From: Flavobacteriales bacterium
GTDB lineage: Bacteria > Bacteroidota > Bacteroidia > Palsa-965
Direction: 5' to 3'
NCBI GenBank assembly: GCA_040377305.1
Contig: JBEIPA010000040.1
Span: forward strand, 1-40,101
DNA length: 40,101 nucleotides
The notes under the pieces were generated by a model. That model was not told the DNA's origin. It made no database searches and saw only the letters and a list, made by a program, of their open reading frames with translations. The position numbers were made by a program, and so were the translations under genes. Shown here in pieces: positions 1 to 8,061 of the stretch (position 1 is its first letter; the number at the start of each line of letters is the position of its first letter).

Positions 1-1
1 G

Positions 2-316
2 TTAGCTGTGGTACCTTGTCAGACTGAGCGTATCCCGATAGCTATCGGGAGAAGGGTGACAAGGGAACGCGGATTTTCTTTTTCGTTGTTTGCTAGCGGC
101 TCGATGGATGACTACGGTAAACGACAAAATTTGGTAATTGGATTTTATGAGATAAGCCCTTTAGCTGTGGTACCTTGTCAGACTGAGCGTATCCCGATAG
201 CTATCGGGAGATGGGTGACAAGGGAACGCGGATTTTCTTTTTCGTTGGTGTTAGATGCTTTTATGGATGAGTTAAGTAAACGACGATATTCGGTAATTGG
301 ATTTAATGAAATAAAC
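2..316. repeat. Tandem repeat with a 159-bp period (two units visible, may extend upstream). Each unit carries a REP-like hairpin with an 18-bp perfect palindrome.
   Basis: TTAGCTGTGGTACCTTGTCAGACTGAGCG starts at 2 and 161. The first ~86 bp differ at one position and the remainder is more diverged. TCCCGATAGCTATCGGGA lies at 33-50 and 192-209, inside CCTTGTCA...TGACAAGG arms. Confidence 0.95.
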
Positions 317-472
317 TTGAAACTTGATCACTGCGGCAACGGTTCAACCTGAAGCAATGCTGATGCGGAATGGACTACGGCAAATAAAGTGAGACTGTTA
401 TTTATTCCATTGCTGATCATTGGTGATATAATTGCTAAGTTGCAGTTTGCTAAATAGATTTCGAAAGTAGAT

Positions 473-991
473 ATGCATCGAGACTTTTACCTTGAACTAA
501 AATCATCCCTCGACTCCTCCACAGGTGAGGACAGAAAAAAATGGGCTCTCACCATCATCTCCCAAAACATTCCCATCACTTCTCTCGCTGCGCTACTTTC
601 TTCCGGTGGAAAGACTGCTTCTCATTTTCTCTGGCTCGTAAGTGATGTCGCCCTTCAGAATCCGAACAGATTCTTAGCCGAACTTCCCACGTTGTTCGAT
701 TTCATGGAGAAGAATCATCCCTCCTGCTTGTCTTCCTTTGCGTCCTGGTGGCATTATTGTGGAGTACCAGAAGTGAATGAAGCGAAGGCAATTGATTATC
801 TATTCAAATGGTTTTTGTCGGCAGAGACGGCGGTTTATATCAAGACACGGGCGTTGTGGGTGTTGGTTGAGTTGAGCAAGAAGTATCCGGAGTTGAAGCA
901 GGAGTTAAGAATTTGTGTTGGAGAGGAGATGGATAAATATTCTGCTGAGTTTAGAAAGCGCGCGGTGAAAGTATTGCATGAGTTGAAATAG
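473..991 (+). CDS. Hypothetical all-helical (HEAT/ARM-like) protein
   Basis: 172-aa ORF with an amphipathic helix pattern; the C-terminal ...KKYPELKQEL... resembles Bacteroidota HEAT-like hypothetical proteins. Confidence 0.75.
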   Translation: MHRDFYLELKSSLDSSTGEDRKKWALTIISQNIPITSLAALLSSGGKTASHFLWLVSDVALQNPNRFLAELPTLFDFMEKNHPSCLSSFASWWHYCGVPEVNEAKAIDYLFKWFLSAETAVYIKTRALWVLVELSKKYPELKQELRICVGEEMDKYSAEFRKRAVKVLHELK

Positions 992-1009
992 CGGCTTGTG
1001 TTCGGTTGC

Positions 1010-1208
1010 CATCCCTCGGTACGCCTGAACAAACGATCCGAGTCCGTCCGCCTTCGACTCCGCTCAGTCTGACAAACTACCACGAACAGCATTTACGAAT
1101 TTCAATGCGAGTACATTGTCAGACTGAGCGTAGTCGAAGGGTGACAAGGAGAAAAACTGCTTCATCAGAAATGTTTTAGCCGAACCGAGGGTAGACAAGG
1201 GAACGGGA
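1010..1208. repeat. Inverted REP doublet (REPIN/BIME-like)
   Basis: CCTTCGACTCCGCTCAGTCTGACAA (1051-1075) is the inverse of TTGTCAGACTGAGCGTAGTCGAAGG (1116-1140) with 1 mismatch. An outer inverted repeat is CCCTCGGTACG (1013-1023) / CGAACCGAGGG (1181-1191). The core is the same as in the 159-bp repeat. Confidence 0.9.
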
Positions 1209-1238
1209 ATTTGTATTTTGGACCTCGAAACCATCTAC

Positions 1239-1820
1239 ATGAATAATTCGATTTGCACCATTCTGATTTTGCTCGTTCTCATTTTCGCAAACTGCTCAGA
1301 TGCAACCTCAGGCGATGAAGATTCTGCAGACTCCTCGCCGGCTAACGATACAAGCCTGTTGCGAATGAATAGCCTTCGCGAAAACAATGTTGCACCATTG
1401 GACGAACCGGATTTAACGGTATTGCGAGCAATTGGAGATTGGAAAACCTCCGACTTCATCATCAACGAAAAAGATAAATCCTCCGCTTCAGTACGCAGTA
1501 CCATCGAAAATGAAATTGAACTATGGAAAAATGTTGAACACCCATTCACCGCAACTTATAAGGGCTGCGATATGGGCGACTATTTTCACCTCATCTTCGA
1601 AGACAGCAACGGGAAGAATTATGATTTCGGTTTTGGAAACAATCAGTTCGGTGAATATGATTTGTGTTCCAAAGACATTACTGATAATCCCAAGTATCTC
1701 GGAAAATCGTTCGTCATATACTGGAATTGGGAGATTTCATCTTTTCCGTGTTGCGATGGAGAATATGATCTGGTGGAAGCGTATATGCCTTCGATTACGA
1801 AATTGGAATTGAAAGAGTAA
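1239..1820 (+). CDS. Putative lipoprotein, hypothetical
   Basis: ATG at 1239, hydrophobic signal ending in the lipobox-like FANC, followed by an acidic low-complexity linker. Confidence 0.75.
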   Translation: MNNSICTILILLVLIFANCSDATSGDEDSADSSPANDTSLLRMNSLRENNVAPLDEPDLTVLRAIGDWKTSDFIINEKDKSSASVRSTIENEIELWKNVEHPFTATYKGCDMGDYFHLIFEDSNGKNYDFGFGNNQFGEYDLCSKDITDNPKYLGKSFVIYWNWEISSFPCCDGEYDLVEAYMPSITKLELKE

Positions 1821-1836
1821 ATCGCTAACCTTGAAT

Positions 1837-2217
1837 ATGGACAACACAAGTAAAATCAAAGAGTGCTACCAGTCGGCAAAGAGCTATCCGGACCTTGCAC
1901 AACGACTGCACAAAATTGGCATGGAGTCATACACAGTCGACACAGCAACGAGCACCATTCTTTATCGGTTTTCTCAAGGGGAAAATGTAATTCAGGATGG
2001 AAATGCGCAGCGACAGATTGCAACATCGTTTGATAAAGAGAAAACAATTCAGGCAGTGCGCGATAACCAACAAGGTAAATCGGACTACGCAGGTTTCATG
2101 CAGGAAATTGCCGATGCTGGTGTACGTTTTTATGAAGCGACTCTTATCGGTGAGAATAAAAGAGTGACGTACATAGGAACTGGTGGTTTTTATGAAGAGA
2201 TGATTCCTTGGGCGTAA
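1837..2217 (+). CDS. DUF1398 (YbcV-like) family protein
   Basis: YPDLAQRL..IG.ESYTVD and Q.GKSDY..F..EIA.AGV..Y motifs; a TAACCTTG -7-like box lies just before ATG 1837. Confidence 0.8.
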   Translation: MDNTSKIKECYQSAKSYPDLAQRLHKIGMESYTVDTATSTILYRFSQGENVIQDGNAQRQIATSFDKEKTIQAVRDNQQGKSDYAGFMQEIADAGVRFYEATLIGENKRVTYIGTGGFYEEMIPWA

Positions 2218-2344
2218 TTCCATAGCAGCCATAAATGATTTCGTGCTCCGTTAGGAGCATAACGTGTGTTGCACGAAGTGCAGCACACCCCTCCCTCCCG
2301 GTCCACCGCAGGTGGACCGAACACTCGATTCACCCCGAGTATCC

Positions 2345-2394
2345 GTTTACAAACGTTTACAAACACTTACAAACGACTATAAACGTTTAAAAAC
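2345..2394. repeat. Five imperfect 10-bp tandem repeats (GTTTACAAAC)
   Basis: gtttacaaac gtttacaaac acttacaaac gactataaac gtttaaaaac, upstream of tnpA. Confidence 0.85.
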
Positions 2395-2459
2395 GGTTAT
2401 TCTCAGATTCCCGCTTTATGTTTGCCGAAAGAAGTCTAACCTTATCATATGCACGCATC

Positions 2460-2930
2460 ATGGCAAACACGTATTCCAAAATCTACTTTCATCTTGTTTT
2501 CGCAGTCAGAAACAGACAGTCTTTGCTCAAAGAATCATTCCGCGAGAAGTTGTTTCAATACATGTCTGGAGTAATCACCAATCAGAAACAAAAATTACTC
2601 ATCGTAAACGGGCATGTCGATCATGTCCACATTTTTATCGGTTGCAAAACAAATGTTCGACTTGATGAACTAGTAAAAGAAGTAAAGGAGCATTCCACTA
2701 AATACATTAATAGCAATCGGCTCGTTGCAGGCAAATTTCAATGGCAGGAAGGCTATGCTGCCTTTTCAGTATCCAGATGGGATCACGACAAAATATTCAA
2801 TTACATACGCAATCAGGAAGAACATCACCGCAAGAAAACTTTCCGGGAGGAGTATGTGAATATGTTGAAGGCTCATGACGTTGAATTTGATGAGCGATAC
2901 ATCTTCCAAGATCCCTGCGAGGTGGAATGA
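2460..2930 (+). CDS. tnpA: IS200/IS605-family Y1 (HUH) transposase TnpA, RAYT-like
   Basis: MANTYSKIYFHLVFAV start, HUH motif DHVHIF, FQWQEGY, catalytic Tyr in YIRNQEEHH; no adjacent tnpB. Confidence 0.93.
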   Translation: MANTYSKIYFHLVFAVRNRQSLLKESFREKLFQYMSGVITNQKQKLLIVNGHVDHVHIFIGCKTNVRLDELVKEVKEHSTKYINSNRLVAGKFQWQEGYAAFSVSRWDHDKIFNYIRNQEEHHRKKTFREEYVNMLKAHDVEFDERYIFQDPCEVE

Positions 2931-3109
2931 TAGGAGGTTTTGGCCCCACGGGGCAATTGGGGTGTGTTGCTTATTCTAAGCAACACACATTTTGCTCCTA
3001 ACGGAGCATTGCAGGGCTGTCGATTATGGCAAAGAATTTGTGTAAACGAAACACTCGCACAATAGGCGAAAATTTCCGTTATTGTATACATCATTTTTAT
3101 GCACTCACA

Positions 3110-4090
3110 ATGAAGCACCTCTTCGCATCAACCGCTCTCCTTCTACTCTTCCTTGGCAACACCGCCTCTGCACAAGACGTAACCATCGGAAAACAAAAGT
3201 GGAATCAGAAAAATCTGAATGTGACTACGTTCAGAAATGGATCTGTAATTCCGCAAGTACAGGATGCCGATGACTGGATTGTTGCAGGATTGTTTCGTGA
3301 ACCGGCTTGGTGTTATTACCAAACTCCTAATGGAATTGACTCCAGTTGCGGTATGCTTTACAATTGGTATGCAGTAAATGACGCGCGCGGACTAGCACCG
3401 AAAGGTTGGCACATTGCAACGAAAGAAGAATGGGCAACACTGAATAAATCTATTAAGGGGAAAGATGCTGCTGCTAAAATGAAAAGTTCTACTGGTTGGA
3501 AAACAGCGGGAACTAATGCAAGCGGATTCTCTGCAAAGGCTGGTGGAAATCGTAACTACGGCAACGGACGTTTCTTTGATTTAGGCTCGAGCGCATTCTG
3601 GTGGACTGCAACCGATTTAGGTTTGGGCAAAGCTGCTTCAGTTTCATTGCTCGATGCGGGCGAAGAGCTTTCTCTTGAATTGAACGAAAACAAATCAGCA
3701 GGTCTTTCAGTAAGATGTGTTCAAGGAGAACCGGAAGTTCCGTTGAAAAACAAACTGAAGGATTTCAAAGATTCAATTGTTGGCATCACCGCCAAGATTG
3801 GTAACCTGGAAGTTGCACGCAATGATTTTCCGGGAACATGGAGCTTAACTGTTGCGACACGCGCATGTACGAAACTGGGTGAAGGTTGGAGATTGCCGAC
3901 GAAAGAAGAAATGGATATTGTTTTCAGTAATCGTCGTGACATTGGCGGATTCGGAACCGAATTTTATTGGTACAATGACGCGAAGGTGAAAGACTCTTAC
4001 GGATTCCTCAATTTCAAGGATGGCGAAACAGGCTATGTGGATGAAAAAGGAACGGGGAAAATTCGCGCAGTGCGGACCATTCCAAAATAG
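3110..4090 (+). CDS. Secreted FISUMP (Fibrobacter succinogenes major paralogous) domain plus DUF1566/Lcl-like C-terminal domain protein
   Basis: Signal peptide MKHLF...ASAQ; IGKQKWNQKNLNV, GMLYNWYAV, PKGWHIAT.EEW, GLSVRCV; second domain GWRLPTKEE...IRAVR. Confidence 0.85.
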   Translation: MKHLFASTALLLLFLGNTASAQDVTIGKQKWNQKNLNVTTFRNGSVIPQVQDADDWIVAGLFREPAWCYYQTPNGIDSSCGMLYNWYAVNDARGLAPKGWHIATKEEWATLNKSIKGKDAAAKMKSSTGWKTAGTNASGFSAKAGGNRNYGNGRFFDLGSSAFWWTATDLGLGKAASVSLLDAGEELSLELNENKSAGLSVRCVQGEPEVPLKNKLKDFKDSIVGITAKIGNLEVARNDFPGTWSLTVATRACTKLGEGWRLPTKEEMDIVFSNRRDIGGFGTEFYWYNDAKVKDSYGFLNFKDGETGYVDEKGTGKIRAVRTIPK

Positions 4091-4296
4091 TAAGGATTAC
4101 TCCCGGGCTCAATGGATTGGGCCAATAGTTGATTTTTAAGCTGGATTGCGGTTCATCCCCAATCTCCATCCCCATTTTCACCTCGTCAATCGTCTAGTAT
4201 ACCGCGCTGGGCTAAAATTGGCTATTTTGCTCGAAAAATCGCCGTATCTTTATATTCCTGCTCAGAAGAGAAAAGTAAACTAAGATATCAGCCGTC

Positions 4297-4656
4297 ATGG
4301 AAACAAAGAAAGCAAAGCCATCTATCCCTGCAAAGAAATTGGAGATTTACTCGGAGCTTTTAAAGGGCTTTCCGGATATCGAAGTTAAAGGCGCAGATAT
4401 GCCTTACACTTCGCATAACGGAAATATGTTTTCTTTCCTGAACGAGAATGGTGAGCTTGCATTGCGTTTATCAGAAAGCGATCGCGCTACATTCATTTCA
4501 CGTTTCGATACAAAACTTTCTGAGCGTTACGGAACTGTTCTTAAAGAATACGTACACGTACCAGACAGCGTTTTCATCGATCCGCAAATCATGCGCAAGT
4601 ACATGATCATGAGCACTGCTTATGCACGTACATTGAAGCGTAAGACAATGAAGTAA
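4297..4656 (+). CDS. TfoX N-terminal-like hypothetical protein
   Basis: MPYTSHNGNMFSFL...LALRL...YGTVLKEYVHVP pattern. Confidence 0.6.
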   Translation: METKKAKPSIPAKKLEIYSELLKGFPDIEVKGADMPYTSHNGNMFSFLNENGELALRLSESDRATFISRFDTKLSERYGTVLKEYVHVPDSVFIDPQIMRKYMIMSTAYARTLKRKTMK

Positions 4657-4685
4657 TTCACGAACTTTCTTCACATTGAATATAT

Positions 4686-4715
4686 AATCCGTCTCACGAC
4701 GGATTTCTTTTTTTT
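4686..4715 (+). terminator. Intrinsic terminator
   Basis: AATCCGTC-TCAC-GACGGATT followed by a T-tract. Confidence 0.75.
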
Positions 4716-4737
4716 CCAAAACCCAACAACCAAACCC

Positions 4738-5172
4738 ATGACAACAGTCAACATCTACCTCACATTCAATGGCAACTGTGAAGAGGCATTCACATTCTAT
4801 AAATCAGTTTTGGGCGGAGAATTTCCGTACGTAGGTCGCTTTGGTGAAATGCCACCGGGAGAAACACCGGTTGATGCTGCCTCTGCAAACAAGATCATGC
4901 ATATTTCACTTCCGATCAGTAAAGAAACAATGCTTCTTGGTAGCGATACAGGTGGTGAATGGGCTGCATCTTTCAAACAAGGAACCAACTTCTCCATTTC
5001 TTTGAACGCGGATACAGTTGAAGAAGCAACGCGCATCTATAATGGACTTTCTGCAGGCGGACAACAAACAATGCCTATCGCAAAAACATTCTGGAGTGAA
5101 GCATTCGGTATGCTCGTAGATAAATATGGAATTGCCTGGATGGTGAGCCTGAATAAACCAATCGAGCTCTAA
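4738..5172 (+). CDS. VOC family protein, PhnB-like
   Basis: YLTFNGNCEEAFTFYKSVLGG, IMHISL, MPIAKTFW..AFGMLVDKYGIAWMV. Confidence 0.9.
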   Translation: MTTVNIYLTFNGNCEEAFTFYKSVLGGEFPYVGRFGEMPPGETPVDAASANKIMHISLPISKETMLLGSDTGGEWAASFKQGTNFSISLNADTVEEATRIYNGLSAGGQQTMPIAKTFWSEAFGMLVDKYGIAWMVSLNKPIEL

Positions 5173-5306
5173 ACAGAACGAGTCAATTTTGAAAGAGGAA
5201 AGAGTCTATGATTCTTTCCTCTTTTACTTTCTTGAGCACTCAACAAATACGACAATTGCCTTATGGAAAACCGTGTAACGCCGAATGAACTTCGCGTTAT
5301 ACTTCC

Positions 5307-5828
5307 ATGAAGCAAATCATCATTCTCCTTGTTGTTCTCAATGCTGCTTTGTCGTGGAGCTTTGTCCGCAAAGAGGAAGGTCCGGTAGCCGTTGCATTTT
5401 CGCATTACTACGACAGCATTTACGTGGGCGATACGATCATCATTCCGTACCGATTGCAGCCACTCGACAAATTGCAGGATACCCTGGAGAAATACCTTCG
5501 CGGCAGAGGAGAAAATGTACAACTGCTGATGTTCGCTCAACCCACTTACATGATCGATTCGCTCGATCTTTCAGTAGTTCCGAATGTAGAAATTCTCGAA
5601 TTTTCCGGCGATGTTGATGTCATTGAGAACAGAAAGTACGCGTTTATGCAACTGAAAAATCTTAAAGTAATTCGTTGCTGGGGCATGCTCGCCCAATTGG
5701 AGAATCCACCTGATGTTTACACGCACGGAGGCAATAATGAAGTAAGAGCATTATTCAACCGATATTGCCCTGATGTGCGCGTCAGGTTTCCACGGAGAGA
5801 ACCACCGGAAATTATAAATGCGTACTAA
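5307..5828 (+). CDS. Hypothetical secreted protein
   Basis: 173-aa ORF with an N-terminal signal-like stretch MKQIIILLVVLNAALS. Confidence 0.65.
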   Translation: MKQIIILLVVLNAALSWSFVRKEEGPVAVAFSHYYDSIYVGDTIIIPYRLQPLDKLQDTLEKYLRGRGENVQLLMFAQPTYMIDSLDLSVVPNVEILEFSGDVDVIENRKYAFMQLKNLKVIRCWGMLAQLENPPDVYTHGGNNEVRALFNRYCPDVRVRFPRREPPEIINAY

Positions 5829-5836
5829 GCGGTTTT

Positions 5837-6325
5837 CTATTTCCAATCATCATCCGGTTCAATGATCGAAGACACATTTCCTTCTGAATCTTTGAACGAC
5901 ACAAATGTTCCATAACCAGAAATCGGATCGGGTTTGCCGATAATTTTTCCGCCGGCCTTTTCAATCTTCTTCATGGCTTCTATAATGTCCATCACTGCGA
6001 TTACCACAGAAGGATGTTTCGGTTGTTTGCGCGCTTTTTTGGTGAAGAATCCTCCGTTGATGACGCCTTTGTCTTTGAGCATGCCTTCGGAATCTGTTTC
6101 ACCCGTGTGTGCAATCAGATAACCGCCATGCTCTTCTCCGGGCGAAATGAAATTCCAACCGAATGCTTCCTGATAAAACTTCGCTGCACGTTTAGGCTTC
6201 TTCATCGGAAACTCAAAATGTACTACCGGATTTCTTACGGCTTCGTTAGTAGGAGTTGTCTTCTTCGCTGCTCGTTCAGTGGATTTCGCGGTGCTGCGGG
6301 CACGCTTTGCTGCTTTCTTAGCCAT
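5837..6325 (-). CDS. VOC/glyoxalase family protein with a basic N-terminal tail
   Basis: NPVVHFE...AAKFYQEAFGW, INGG, IEKAGGKI, F.DSEGN. Confidence 0.9.
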   Translation of the reverse strand: MAKKAAKRARSTAKSTERAAKKTTPTNEAVRNPVVHFEFPMKKPKRAAKFYQEAFGWNFISPGEEHGGYLIAHTGETDSEGMLKDKGVINGGFFTKKARKQPKHPSVVIAVMDIIEAMKKIEKAGGKIIGKPDPISGYGTFVSFKDSEGNVSSIIEPDDDWK

Positions 6326-6474
6326 AGGTGTATAGTTTTTACTCTATCACCAATTTAGGTGCCGCAATCGAATGATCCAAATTCATCGCAGATTGGGCGA
6401 TAACACGATTTCATTTCATCCCAATGTGCAATATTTTCTACTAGACCTCTTAACTTTATTGACTACCATTCATT

Positions 6475-7479
6475 ATGAGTCACGAAAACGGCTTTCCGAT
6501 TAACTCACAATCCTTCACCTGGGGAATTCCGTTTTCCGCAATCAAAGATCAACTTGCATCACAACCTCAACTCAATCCGTATCCTACAGGTTGGGCGAAT
6601 CTACGTATGCGCGGCAATATGCAATTCGGATTGCAGGTAAGTGAAATTGATATTCGTGCACCGTTTCCGGAGCGACCGGTTTTGCAGGTTCATTATCACC
6701 TCGCTCCACTTCCACCCGCTTCGGAAGGAGAATGGCACTCTGCATACGTGAAGATTCTCGAAACGCATTTCGGTCCGGCGAAGAAGAAAGACTATTACTA
6801 CAACAGTAATATTTACAAAGGAGCAATTTCATCTGCCGGAGTTGTGTTTACCTGCAACTGGGACACGCGCGATGTTCACATTGGAATTTCAGTTTTCGGA
6901 GGAACGCGCAAAACTGAGTTTGGCGATCACGCGGCAACACTTTACATCCAGTGGAAAGACGAAGTTTCGGCTGCTAAATCGTTGGTGCATGAATCGGAGC
7001 AATTTGTTTCGAAGGTGCTGGAGCTTAGCCAAAGTTCCGGGCTCCACAAATTTTCGCTGGCGCATGCTCAGTTTCCGTTTTTCGATTTCAACAATAAGAA
7101 AACTGATCCGCGCGCTCCCGAATATCAGCATGAACTACGCTGCGCACGAATTGCGTTGTACAAACGAAACAACTTCGCCACTCCCGATCAAATTGCAAAT
7201 GCACTGGCGGAAAATGAAATTGCCCTCTTTCATGTTGCAGAATTGCACAGCACGTTCATCGCTAACAAGTGGGATATGACATTCGTGAAAGACAAGGAAG
7301 AAGCTCCACCGCAATTTTCTGAAATTCTTCCTGCTCGCGGTTCCGGTGGTCGTGAACTGGACATCAAAGGCTGGGTTGCGCGCGACACACGTGAAAGCAA
7401 CAAGCTTCTTGACGCAGTACAATGGATTGAACGGCTTTCAGGTGTAAAAGCAAGCATGCTTCAATACTATGATGATTAG
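6475..7479 (+). CDS. Hypothetical protein
   Basis: 334-aa ORF with host-like codon usage and a TAACTTTA box at 6451; no family recognised. Confidence 0.75.
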   Translation: MSHENGFPINSQSFTWGIPFSAIKDQLASQPQLNPYPTGWANLRMRGNMQFGLQVSEIDIRAPFPERPVLQVHYHLAPLPPASEGEWHSAYVKILETHFGPAKKKDYYYNSNIYKGAISSAGVVFTCNWDTRDVHIGISVFGGTRKTEFGDHAATLYIQWKDEVSAAKSLVHESEQFVSKVLELSQSSGLHKFSLAHAQFPFFDFNNKKTDPRAPEYQHELRCARIALYKRNNFATPDQIANALAENEIALFHVAELHSTFIANKWDMTFVKDKEEAPPQFSEILPARGSGGRELDIKGWVARDTRESNKLLDAVQWIERLSGVKASMLQYYDD

Positions 7480-7531
7480 TTCGAATGCGTAACTTTAAAC
7501 AATCAGCGAATAATAAAATAAGCTACTTATT

Positions 7532-7906
7532 ATGGCATTCCTAAACGACCAAACCGTACAACAACTCGCAGATGCACTCAATGGAAACGATCGCGCACAG
7601 GAATGGCTGCAGCGTCAAGGTCGCCAGGAGCTGGTGATGTTACACGATGCAATCCGCTTTGATGATGAATCCGCAATGGAGTGGCTACACGAATACGGTC
7701 ACGACGAACTGGGGTTGTTTGCAACCGCTATTGAAGGAGATCCGTATGCTGTTCAGGCTTTGTACGATGGAAAACAATCGCGCTTAGCTTCTGTGGCCGG
7801 TGCTGTAATTGGCGATGAACGTTCCATGCAGTATTTGCAGAAGAATGGTATGAAGCAATGGATTAACCTGGTGAATGCGATAAAGAAGTGTCAGGCGGAT
7901 GAATGA
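7532..7906 (+). CDS. Small alpha-helical ~25-aa-repeat protein (paralogue of 9256-9675)
   Basis: Four repeats approximating A[IV]xGDxxAxxWLxxxGxxEL. Confidence 0.8.
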   Translation: MAFLNDQTVQQLADALNGNDRAQEWLQRQGRQELVMLHDAIRFDDESAMEWLHEYGHDELGLFATAIEGDPYAVQALYDGKQSRLASVAGAVIGDERSMQYLQKNGMKQWINLVNAIKKCQADE

Positions 7907-7912
7907 TCTCAT

Positions 7913-8057
7913 CATCCCTCGGTACGCCGGTACTTCTGGCTTCACTGCTCCGCAGATATTGTCGGCTACTCGGTCTGACAATACAATTTCTTGTCAGACC
8001 GAGTAATCGCCTAAGATTGCGGAGCAACGTGCAAGAAAATCATGGATGTACGGAGGG
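7913..8057. repeat. Long REPIN-like hairpin between convergent genes
   Basis: TACTCGGTCTGACAA (7967-7981)/TTGTCAGACCGAGTA (7991-8005); TGCTCCGCA/TGCGGAGCA; CCCTCGGTAC/GTACGGAGGG. CATCCCTCGGTACGCC is identical to 1010-1025. Confidence 0.88.
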
Positions 8058-8061
8058 CTGA

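Larger units (their letters stand above)
2244..3008. mobile_element. IS200-like/RAYT locus: a Y1 transposase gene bounded by 29-bp inverted REP-like repeats
   Basis: TGCTCCGTTAGGAGCATAACGTGTGTTGC (2244-2272) matches the reverse complement of 2980-3008 with 2 mismatches. Extra hairpins lie at 2264-2288, 2299-2319, 2943-2954 and 2962-2988. Confidence 0.8.

Noticed and set aside
2-316. CRISPR array
   Set aside because: The unit is far too long, the variable halves are homologous to each other, and there are no cas genes in the window.
8-352. 114-aa ORF with an internal 53-aa duplication
   Set aside because: It is the translation of the 159-bp REP-containing tandem repeat (period divisible by 3) and has no protein-like features.
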